Shown: one piece after another, positions 36,969 through 48,153 of the stretch
Layout of the letters: every line of letters starts with the position of its first letter
How positions within the stretch are numbered: position 1 is the first letter of the stretch
NCBI RefSeq assembly: GCF_023055435.1
Contig: NW_025964334.1
Coordinates: 1,860,001-1,924,000 of the forward strand
Reading direction: 5' to 3'
DNA: 64,000 nt
From: Haliotis rufescens
Taxonomy: Eukaryota
Made by a program: the position numbers and the translations under genes
Notes under the pieces: model-generated
Told to the model about the DNA's origin: nothing
Database searches by the model: none
What the model saw: only the letters and a program-made list of their open reading frames with translations

Positions 36969-39900
36969 ATGAGAATGAAAAGAGGATCTAATTCTATGCG
37001 AGTCAGACGTCGCCAAAGTGATGCGAAATGGAGAGCTAGTGTTTCAAGTTGCTATGACACACTGAAGTTTGTCATCCCAGACAGCTGTAACCTACCAAGG
37101 AGAAAGTTTTCAAAGGTAACAAAATGATCTATAGTTTCAGCAGTAGACATTCATTCTAGATACTATAATTACTGAATTTAAAATATCTAATTTTTCTGAA
37201 CTTATTGTCTAGATTAGACAAAAAACTATGTTCAATTCTTAATTAATACTGTGACTCTAATTGCTTTTTTCAGGCTCTAATTCTACAAGAAACGGCAAAG
37301 CACATCAGGACACTGGAAGAAGCAGTGTCAACTCTCCTCACACAAGAAGGTATTTTTTCAAATAAGACAATTTAAAAAAAATTTTACCGGTACATAAATT
37401 TTTTAAATTAACTGATCATAACAGTGAATTCAACCGTTTATACCAGTTTGTGACTTTAGCCACACATGATCCAGAAGTATCTATCTGAAGCTTGGATTAC
37501 CATGTTTGTTTATTTGTTGTGTTATGTCTCTGTCAGCTAAATTCCAGTTTAATTAGAGCAGCTTGTAAATATTCAATGTATAAAAGTAGACATTTCTTAA
37601 ATCATGCTAATATATATTACAGATAATTAATTTGGTGGCTAATAATAATAATACTAGCTATGTAGTCAGTATATAGAGATAACCAGTACAACATCACTGA
37701 TAACAGGACCAATGAAATACTAAGAGGTTTTATTGCTTAGTTTTATGTTTTTGCATCGAATGCAATCTGAAAAAAATCACTGTTAAAATATCTCTGAATT
37801 TAAGAAAATAAGAACTTTAGAAAAATCCCAATTTTGTACAAAACAATGATTTATTCTTTTTCCAATTTGCTCACCAGGGGCTTGTAGGTTTTGAATAATG
37901 GATACATCTCTACTTAATGACCTAAACTGTTTTGTGAAACTTCATAGTTATGTCTTGGTGAAACAAATTTATGACATATTATTGACTTGGGCTGTTTTCA
38001 GCTAAGCTACTGAACAAGAGTGTTCTTTGGAAGACTGGCAAGCAGTGGGCGCCTGCAACCCTGGCACACATCAGAAAGGAGTTTGAGGAACAACAGGGCC
38101 AACTATTTGAGCAGTAAGTTATTTATAACCACTTTTTGGCAGTTATTATTTTCATAATGCTGATGTAAAGAAATAATTATCAATGAGGCTCTGTGGCTGA
38201 AAACCTCAAGGTCCTGAGATTCCCGTATTTCTTACATTGATACACCATGAAAATATAAATTTAAAATATGTATATCAATTTTAAAACCGTCAGCTGTTGG
38301 GATTACAACGTTATATATAACCACTTTTTCTCGGTTATTACATTCTTCAGGACCTTGTTGTGATACTGATGTAAAAAAATAATTATTAATGAGGTTCTGT
38401 CGCTGGAAAACCTCAAGGTCCTGAGCTCCCCAAGCGTTTCTTACATAAGTATGCCATGAAAATATAAAAAATTAAAATATGTCTATAAATTTAGAAATAT
38501 TCAAATTTTGATTGGTTTGATGACAACATTGAAAGCAGTCTTGAACGTTAACTGCTAGTTCGAAGGTGGAGTCTAGTGTTATATCTATTTTGGTCTAGTT
38601 AGCTTAGCTCATGAAAGTCTATGCCTAGAGAGTTTATACTACTGATAAGATGTTGTAGGACTTGTAAACTCAAATGTTTTTGACACTTAATGCGAAAGCA
38701 TATAATTGACACATATCAAGTGTTCCTTTGAAAGTTCATGAACCCCCAAACTATTTTAGCTGAGGGTCTATCAATCTTTCTGGGAGTCCAAACTCTTCCA
38801 ATTGAATTTGCTTGAATCAATTCATGTAAGACTTATTTTTTAATCAGTTGGGTACTGAACAAGTACAAGTATAGAGACATTTTGTTATATTTTGAATTTC
38901 AACATGTAGCCTAATCTAAATTGCTGCAGATCAACCCAAGGTCGTCGCCGTTACAGTATGCTAGCAGACATAGAGGAACAAATTCTCCACATGGCTGTTG
39001 ATCCAAGCCGTGTCACAGTTATCTCCCGTGGTGGCGGCACTCAAAACAAGACCAGCAAGTCAGGAACCGGCAAAGATAAGGGGAAGGGGAAAGAGGTGAG
39101 TGTCCCTCTGGTCTATGACGTACAACTATTTTCATCGAAACAACCGTGACGTTGACGTATGAGAAGTGATCAATCTGTACCAAAACATTGAAGCATTTCA
39201 GTTATGAACATGTATGAAAGTTCAACTAGATCAGATGGGCTACAAAACAAACTACTGAGCAATAAAACATTTTTTTATTAGTTTAAAATTTTGAGTAACC
39301 TAAACCAATTGTTGTTTTTTATGCCAGGACCTTTTATCGCTTACAGATTCTCTTAGATGTGCCCACAGGCAAGGGGCCAAACAAAATATGTAGTCATGGT
39401 TCAATTAAGGTTAATTCTTGAAACAAAAGTTTGAATAAATGTAATGAAACGTAGGCATTCTTGTTTTACATTTGCAAATTGATTATATAGTCTTGTCCAT
39501 GAAACAGAAAAATAATTGTTTGGTCTCAGAATGTAAATTCTTTCCTTCTTTTATCCCAGGTCTTTGTTTTCTTGAAAAAATATGGTATCACAAATATCTT
39601 TCAACTTACAAGCGTAACTTTATGTTGTGTAAATTTTCAAATGAAACTTCTAGTTGTGACTTGCTGATTGAAGAATTATTTGGGACTTGTTTTATTGGAC
39701 AGGTTCGTGTCAGGAGAAAAGCTAAGATTTTGATAAAGGATTCAACCAAGGTGTACGAAGAGCCACAGGCCCATTCCACCCCCTGCCCCAAGAAGCAGAG
39801 GAAACATTCTCACTCCACCAGCGTTCACGACTTCGAGACCCAAGAAATTATCCCTGTCATTTGTGAGAGAGTACCTGATGCAGACCTTCTGCCATGTATA

Positions 39901-42900
39901 GCTTTTCCTCCTGACTGCAAGTATGACATGTCCCATGATGTCCCTCTCACTACCCCGAGTAAACTGTGTTACCATGGGAATGAGAAGCTGTTCAGTCCTG
40001 TGGCTGAGTGTGGTTTCAACACTCCTGTCTATGTGAACCCCAACCCCCACAGGGTAGACACCAAACCCCCCATCACATCACCTCGCTTCAGCAAGGTGGC
40101 CAAACAGGTATAGATTTTAGTTATACGAGTTTTAAGCTTGAATGTAACAGCGATAGAAACTTAACCATTTTGGTCCACTAGTTCTAATAATGTTAACATA
40201 TAGCAACACACTTAATAATTGGCAAAACTCTGCTAGTCATTATGATACCTTAACTGTTGGGCAGTTTGGCAAGGACTACAGGACTAGTGGCAATTTCTAA
40301 CGCTGATGTGAGGGTCATTTACTTTCAGGGTGGTCTGATGATGAGGTTGTCACCAAAATTTAGTGGGATTGGGGGGCATATGAATAAAGTGACACAGTTC
40401 CATTTTAGAATAAAACAATTAGAAATTTGAAAATCATTTAGGGACTGGTCATTTATTATGGTGGGGGGTGTTGGCAAAATATGATACCGGTACACAAAAT
40501 TTAGGACTGAAACAAGCATACAGGACACTATTTACCTTTTTTTACAGGAATCTATAATGACTAAAATTTCAAATCATTTGGGTTGTTTTCACTGATCAGA
40601 CCGGTTGACATTTTTATTCAAATTCATACCAGTATATATTAAGGATAAAATTTTGTAAAAGTGCATGACAAATCTTGGAAAAATGACGATGATTTTTTTC
40701 CAAGACTTCATAAGCTTACTTTCATCTATAGAGTGTTCACATGTTTGTCTTTGTGTCTCCCAGCTTGAGTTCACCAGCGAGGATGTTCAGCCCCTCAGAC
40801 CCTCTTGTCCACATGACAAGATGAGCGAGATGACAAGTGTGTTTGGTTTCACTCCCATCAAGCTCCCACCAGAGTCAGGCACTGTGCCCCTTGACCTCTC
40901 CCATGCCCAAGCTACACAGGCAACTCCAACCATACAAGCACCACAAGGACTCACTCCGGCATTCCAGAGGAATTCATACCCACCACAGGTATGGGTGGAT
41001 CTATGTTAAGATTTTTTTGGCCACCATTGTTTTCAATACAAAAAAATGTAACCACCTCTTACAGTCGTAATGCGCGGTGTCAGTGCTTGGGATAAGAGGG
41101 GATATTTTGTCGTCTTTATAATTGTTGCTATCGGACAACTGAGGTATCCATCACTTTTTTAAATAGTATTTTTGTAATGCTTAGGGACCAACCATTTGAT
41201 ATTCCTGGGGGATGGGATTTTGTATCGAGTTTAGATATTTTATTTAAATCTATACCCTGAATTATTATTATTTTAAGAAAAAGACCTTGCCACAATGTAA
41301 TTTTTGTGGCAGGCAATTTCTTTCTGTTTTCCAACTGCCTGAAATATAATAATTTTGTCAAGATGTTTCAGAGATAATATATATTTTTTCAATGAAATCC
41401 CAGAGCCCCCTTCTCTCTCCTTCATTGTGCAAGTTGTATGTGTATTTTCTTTTGCCAGGGTGGCTTTGTATTAGGTGTTTGTAGTGGTCAGACTAAATAC
41501 AATGCAATTCATAAAAGACCTGTGAAGATCCGGGTTAGAACAGGTTTTCAGCAACCCATGCTTGCCTTAAAAGGCGACTATGCTTGTAATAAGAGGTGAC
41601 TAACGCGATCGGGTGGTCAGACTTGCTGACTTGGTTGATGCGTGTGTGGCCTTAAACAACAAACAAACACACAAGCAAGCATTTGATAAAGAACTTTTTA
41701 CCAAAAAGTTTGTTTCTTTTATATTCTAATCCATCAATTATAGTGCCAGTGGTTGGGAAAATAAAACTTCATTTTACACATACACCCCAAAAAGAAAGAA
41801 AAAGAAGTAGTAATAATTAGAAACCTTCTTCTGATTGTACCTCTTTTCTCTTGCGAGTTGAATCGTTGATCTGAAAATTTAAAGAACCTACCTTAATAGT
41901 TCTTCTCTGGTCAAGAATTTTGCCAGAATCATGGTTAAGAGATTTTGAACAAGATAATCTCAGATGTAATTAAGTCATTTGTTTTGATTGCCAGACTCCA
42001 AAGAGTGATGGTGACTGTCTGGAATCTGATGATGAGGAAACCAAGAGCCTTCTATGTTTCGAGACGTTTGAAATGCTTTCGGATGATGATGGTGTGCCAG
42101 AATGGGAGAGGTATGTCATACTGTCCAGGGCTGGGACGGGTAACTCACAGCGTTAGAAATTGGCACTATTCCTGTAGTCCTTGCCAAACTGCCCAATAGT
42201 TAAGGTATCCTAAGGACTAGTAGAAATTTGCCATTTATAAGGGTTTTGCTATATGTTATCTTTCTAAGGACTTGTGGACTGAAACAGTTTGTTTCTACCA
42301 TTAACTCAGGTACTCGGATCGGGAGGTTCCTGAATAGGACCCAGGTAACCACAGGACTACAGGACATATTGTTTGATGATGATAACAATTAATCCCCATG
42401 GTTACACTACAAGTCACTGATGTTCACATTTCTTTCTGACTACATGAATTCCTTATGACTTTTATAAATTTGAGTAAAGCTAAGCTTTAATCAACTTCAG
42501 TGTATATGCATGACCAAATCGTTTAATACAAGTATCTAAATAGTTCCCAATTGGACATTTTGTAACCATCTCTTGAGACTACGGGTCTTCTGCAACCCAT
42601 GCTTGCCGTAAAAAGTGACCATGCTTGTTGTAGGAGGCGACTAACGGGATTGGGTGGTCAGGCTCGCTGACTTTGTTGATGCATGTCATCGTATCCCAAT
42701 TGCGTGGATCAATACTCATGATGTCATTCACTGGATTGTCTGGTCCAGACTCTGTTACTTAGTTACAGTTACTTACAGACTGCCGTCATATAGCTGGAAT
42801 ATTGCTGAGTGAGATGTTAAACAACAAAAAAACAAAACAAAAAAACTAAGGGTGAAACGATAGAGCAAGGTCACGATTTGATACGTATCAAGATACATAG

Positions 42901-45900
42901 GTCGTGATACGCATATTTACGTCAAATCAAATGGAAACTTCTTGACAATAAATATTTCAGTGCAGGTTCAAAAGGTAAAGCAAGTCCTAAACACTTGTTT
43001 GTTGTGGTTATTTTTAGTAGAGAACATGAAACACTAGTTCCAACATCTTTATGGATATCGGACTGACAAAAACGCCAGGGGTCATTAAACCAGTAGTGAG
43101 TAATATTTTCAGCAAGTGTATCAACTTGTATCGATACAGAAAATGAAGGATCATGTATCTTATCACCACATGAAAACTTACTATGCACCGATGTATCATT
43201 TCACCCCTACTGCGTGCCGGTGCACCAAGGGGGTTGAACCCATTCCAGGTTAGAATAGGTCCCCATTAACCAATGCTGGGCATAAGAGGCAACCAAATTG
43301 AATGGGTGGTCATTGTCAGCGACTTGGTTGAGAGCGTGTCCTCGTACCCCTACAGGGTGGATCACTGCTCACAATATATTGATCACTGGAGATTGCTGAA
43401 CAGGGTTAGAAACTAACAGTTTTTGTCCACTAGTGCTTATAATGATAACATATAGCAAAACCCTAAAAATGGGCCAATTTCTACTAATCCTTAGGATACC
43501 TTTACTATTGGGCAGTTTGGTAAGGACTACAGGACTAGTGCCAATTTCTAACGCTGCTGAATGTGGTGTTATTACAACAACAAAGTTTTAGGCAGAATTA
43601 TGTTTACAAAAGGTTCAATCATTAGTTTAAAAATACCCAATAGACTGGACCCAAGGTAGTAAAAATATATATCAAAAGCTATCAGTGCCCGAAGTAAATG
43701 ATAACATTTTGGTTAATACTCAATCGTTAAAAAAGTTGTGCTCTCCAAACCAAATAATATTTGACTAAACACAGACTTAGGTCACGCAGGAAATTGAAGT
43801 AGATGTTATCAAGGAAGTTACCATCTTCCCGAGGCAAGAGAGTTAACTGACTTTAAAAGTCCAGTTTCCACACTTGCCGAACTAGGCTGGAATTACTGGG
43901 CTCGATCGTAGCGCCACCAATGGCTATTACCAGCTATGTCCCTTCTAAGCCTCTCCTATGGACCAATCAGATTCCACCTCTTGTATCACTTGCGTTTGCT
44001 TCACACACAATGGTGGCGCCCAGTCAGGACGATCTGATCGATAATCAAGATCTATATTGTGATAAAACGGGTCTTACATTGCGAAATGCATCAAATCACG
44101 CGAGCACCTGGATTAAAAACATGAAAAGATTTGGAAAATATCTGCTGACGAGTTGGTGGTGCACATGCTTTGCAAATCCTGCAATCGACCGAAATCTGCA
44201 CGACGGTTTACGAACCGGATTTCGATTTCGGTGCACGATTTTGATTGGGCTATGCATAAACTTGTTAGTCCAGGCAAAATGTAACTCCATAATACCAGCC
44301 TAGTTCGGCAAGGGTGGAAACTGTACTTTTAAAGTCAGTTAACTCTCTTGCCTCAGGATGATGGGAAGTTACAGATGTAAGAATTGTGGGAACCTTTTAG
44401 CCTCCCATTGAATGTTTTATTTTTTTGTGTATTTTAGGACGCCTGATAAGGACAAACTTGGACAAACATCTCCAGTGGAAGAAGAGCAACAGAAAGATCA
44501 GTGCAAGAGGATGTGAGTGTCTGGATTCCGTTCTTTGGCAGGGCTCATTTCAGCACACACAGGATTGCATTTGTCTTTAGGAAGGAATACTTCATTTCAT
44601 TTGGGGAGAAATGGTTTAAGGTTTCAAACTCTTTAAAACTTGTAGAATTGAAATGGCATTGTGAGGTTTCATTTGGAGAAATAAAATTGGAAAAGTTTCA
44701 TTTCAAGAAAATATTGACTTGATTGTGTGAGTGTTTTAGTTCTTTCATGTTTATTGTTTCATGAGTGATAGTGAAACTATTCATTGATGATCTTCTTTTT
44801 GTTGCAGAGCTTTTGGCAAAGGAACACACAGGGTGAGAAAATCCAGGGAACGCATTCCAAAGTGTAGGAAGAATCTAGAGAAGTAAGTATCTAATATCCC
44901 TTTGTGAATTTAATTAGAACTTGATGTTATGACACGAAACAAGTGGATGAAGATGCATCAGTTAATCACTCAGACTTGTGTGAAGATCCAGGTTAGAATA
45001 GGTCTCAGCAATCCATGCATGTTGTAAGAGGCAACTAACAGGATTGGGTGGTCAGACTCGCTGACTTGGTTGATGCATGTCATCGTATCCCAATTGCATG
45101 GATCAATGCTCATGATGTCAGTCACTCAATTGTCAGGTCTAGACTTGGATTATTTACAGACCGCCATCAGATAGCAGAATATTGCTGAGTGCTGCGTTCA
45201 ACAACAAACACTCAGACTTGTCCTATTGCTTGGTCTATTATCTAGAATCATGCATATCTTAATGATATGGCACCCCTCAGTCCCCTTTGCTGGACGACTG
45301 GCAGGAGTATGCAGGGAGATTTTATGATGCTTCATGTGTTTTGGTAGCCTAATGTGCGGAATGGGTCTAGAATGGGACATCATATCCTGTGAAATTTTTG
45401 AATTTTTTTATAGAAGTATTAGTTGCAGTCTGTGACTTTAGCTACCAGTCCTGAGTCTGAGTCGAGTAAACTTCTGTTCAGTCTCTTGAGTCTGAGGTAA
45501 TAATACTATGGTCCATACAATAACACTAACATCAACTGAAAATTATCCATGCTGGTAGATTCAAAAGTTTTTGGCACAAAATGGTAGGTGTCTCAGGGTT
45601 AGAAACTAACAGTTTTTGTCCACTAGTCCTTATAATGATAACGTACAGCAAAACCATTACAATGGGCCAATTTCTACTCGTCCTTAGGATACCTTTACTA
45701 TTGGACAGTTTTCCAAGGACTATAGGACTAGTGCTAATTTCTAACGCTGTGTCTTACAAACTTGGCCAAGTCTATTAAAATAATTAATACCCAGAACATT
45801 TCGCATAGCATGACAGATTTTTGAGTGCATCTGTAGTTACTTGCCTTTACCACTTTCTAGCCATGCATTACTGTATGTTGCAATCAATGACTGACCACCC

Positions 45901-48039
45901 TTGTGTGCATGTTCACTGAACCCTTCCTCTGCACAACAGACTGTATTCAAACCCCGAGGATGTTGATGGGAAGGAACTGCCTGTTATCACTGGAGTGTTT
46001 GACAAAGATGCCACAGGTTCTGATTTTGATGGGTATGTTTACAAATTACATGCAAGAAACCAATTAAATATATCAGTTTTTCACTATAGCGACTATTCTG
46101 AGGCTCAAGTCCCAGTTATATATTTGGTTTGGTCTAGCAAACCCAGGTAATCATTGTCCATATAATCATAACACTAATATCTGCTGAAAATTATTCTAGG
46201 ACCTCTATAGCTACCACATGATGTTAGTATTTTTGTCATTAAAATTTATTATGAAAGTGTATTTCAAATAATTTTTATTAGAATATATTGGTTTGTGTTT
46301 GTTTTTTAACAAATATAGATGAGGTATAGTATAATAGAGTCTTGTGATTCTTTTTTTCTAACTGATGAAATATTTTGATGACATTTAGATAATGCTGTTA
46401 TTCGATATCTTTTATGATTTAATCTTAAACTATCTGACAATGACACCATTCAAGAATGGCAGCTGAGCCTATCAGTGACAATTAATTATTGATCCCCTTT
46501 ACTGCAGGTATTTCTTGTTCTATCGGCAAGTGGCCGAGATGCTGCAGCAGCACATGAGTCGGACTGAAATTGCCTCGCCGTCAGTCGCAGTCACAGTCTC
46601 CCAGATGTGGAACGATATGTCCAGTGATGACAAGGAAACGCTTGCAACTCTTGCTGCTTTGGAAGGGAGTCAAGATTCAAATTCTAGCTCCGGGCTCAGT
46701 GATGATTTGCAAGAGCTTGACGTCAAACCACTAGACTCTTCACATTTCATTGATGGTACTTACTTTATTTAAACTTGAATCTTTACTAGCTTTTGCCGCA
46801 CATATTGCTTGAAAATTGCAAGCATTTATAACACATGACATGGTTGACATAACTCAACCTGTTTTTGAACAAAATAATGATTTTTTCCAAATTTGCCTGC
46901 CTGGGCACTTAGTTCAGAATCCTCGATATATCCCTGGCAGATAAAATCTCTAATTCTTGTTATAGGACATGTTTAATTTGATGTTGCAGCTTCAAAGATT
47001 GGTATTTTCAAGAGAAATCTCCAAGGTGTACCAAATGTCCCCAGTCTTCCGACTGTGTCAGAAACTGCACAAAGAGTTCTCGGAGCAGTCCCCGGTAGTC
47101 AGGACGTTCAGGAAGTCCCCAAGAGTTACCTTCCTTCTCTCGATGACTGTGTTGACTCGTTGGAACACAGCACTGAGGAGATGGCCATCATCAATCTGGC
47201 ATTTCAAGACCAGGAAGGACTCTCACATCTGGGATTTGACCGCACTGAGGTAAGCATTTATAACACACATGACTTTACCTGTTTGTGGTGAAAGTATTAT
47301 GGATGACAACTTGTTAATTGTTTGTTGTGATGTTTAAAGGCTACTTCTTGCTCCTACATTGCCCCTGGTGGTTAAAGCGTTCCCTCGTCACGCCGGAGAC
47401 CCAGGTTTGATTCTCCACATGGGTACAGTGTGTGAAGCTCATTTCTGGTGTTCCCCGCCGTAGTATTGCTGGAATATTGCTAAAAGCGGCGTAAAATCAA
47501 ACTCACTCACTCACTCACCTTACATTCACCTGATGAAGAAGTAGCCTCAAAGTGTTGTTAAAAACAAAAAAGAAGTTGTTATCCATAAAAGTTTCATGTA
47601 TTCAACTCAAATGCTGTTCAAATCTGTGTCAAAAGGACCACAATGAATCAAGTATTTAGGATATAAACGATGAGGGGGACGTCATTTACGTCATCAAGCT
47701 GCAAACGTATGTGATGTCATAACAAAACAATGTTTTATCATGAAATAAATCATGTCTCGTTCTTCATTGTTTTTTGCGATTTGTCACGTAGCTGTCTTGT
47801 ATAACATATTAATTAACAGTTTAGAAGGAATATATCATTGTTCCAAATTAGGTTATGTGTTCATGTGCTTCGTACTTCCCCTGCAGGCTAATCAAGAGTT
47901 TACGACAAGCATTGCAGCAAGCAATGACTACTCGGGCTCGGAGACCTCACAGATAGTGCCGGACATCACGAACATCATCAAGAGGGACGTCCTCCTCAGC
48001 TCTAGTCAGTCCCCCACAGCTGTCACAGCCCATACCTAG
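36969..48039 (+). CDS. STRA8: STRA8-like (STRA8/MEIOSIN family) bHLH + HMG-like transcription factor, about 716 aa
   Basis: Exons 36969-37115, 37274-37349, 38002-38113, 38930-39095, 39703-40107, 40764-40988, 41995-42110, 44438-44512, 44808-44882, 45940-46032, 46508-46755, 46990-47249, 47887-48039; all GT-AG, phase-consistent, 2151 nt, no internal stop. N-terminal RRRQSDAKWRASVSSCYDTLKFVIP..FSKALILQETAKHIRTLEEAVSTLL; C-terminal DFDGYFLFYRQVAEMLQQHMSRTEIASPSVAVTVSQMWNDMSSDDKETL. The gene model is firmer than the name. Confidence 0.75.
38125..38490. repeat. Local ~170-190-bp intronic duplication
   Basis: ATAACCACTTTTT..CTGATGTAAA..AATAATTAT.AATGAGG.TCTGT.GCTG.AAAACCTCAAGGTCCTGAG occurs twice. 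Confidence 0.8.
40148..40305. mobile_element. ~155-bp MITE (CAG(G/C)GTTAGAAA TIR)
   Basis: Family copies at ~36350-36500, 40148-40305, 42148-42300, 43401-43556 and 45594-45749. Confidence 0.8.
42126..43560. mobile_element. Nest of MITEs and SINE B copies in a STRA8-like intron
   Basis: The 14700-type element is interrupted by the 155-bp MITE (TAACT duplicated), followed by SINE B 42585-42845, hAT-type MITE 42847-43209, a degenerate SINE B, and the 155-bp MITE 43401-43556 (CTGAA duplicated). Confidence 0.75.
43822..44363. mobile_element. Non-autonomous DNA transposon, ~70-bp TIRs, 9-bp TSD (Mutator-like)
   Basis: CATCTTCCCGAGGCAAGAGAGTTAACTGACTTTAAAAGT.. and its inverse at the right end; GGAAGTTAC at 43813-43821 and 44364-44372. 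Confidence 0.9.
44976..45210 (+). mobile_element. SINE-like family B with target-site duplication
   Basis: Family B consensus; CACTCAGACTTGT occurs at both ends. Confidence 0.85.
45594..45749. mobile_element. ~155-bp MITE with 5-bp TSD
   Basis: CAGGGTTAGAAA ... TTTCTAACGCTG flanked by TGTCT on both sides. Confidence 0.85.
47362..47517 (+). mobile_element. SINE family A
   Basis: Family A body and ACTC tail. Confidence 0.85.
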
Positions 48040-48147
48040 TGCTGAAGGTCACTCACACAATGTACTTGCAGTGTGAATCAGTTTTCGTATAATGAGGTTG
48101 CAATTGTGTAAAGTAAATTGGTTTATTAGTTTTTAATCTCTCTTGTC

Positions 48148-48153
48148 AATAAA
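48148..48153 (+). terminator. Candidate proximal polyA signal of the STRA8-like gene (others at ~48233, ~48455, 51216)
   Basis: AATAAA about 110 nt after the stop codon. Confidence 0.3.

Noticed and set aside
36969-48039. Calling the gene MEIOSIN or a generic MLX/MAX-type bHLH
   Set aside because: Length is MEIOSIN-like, but residues in both domains match STRA8 better as I recall them, and the E-box-binding Glu is absent. A phylogeny is needed to settle it.
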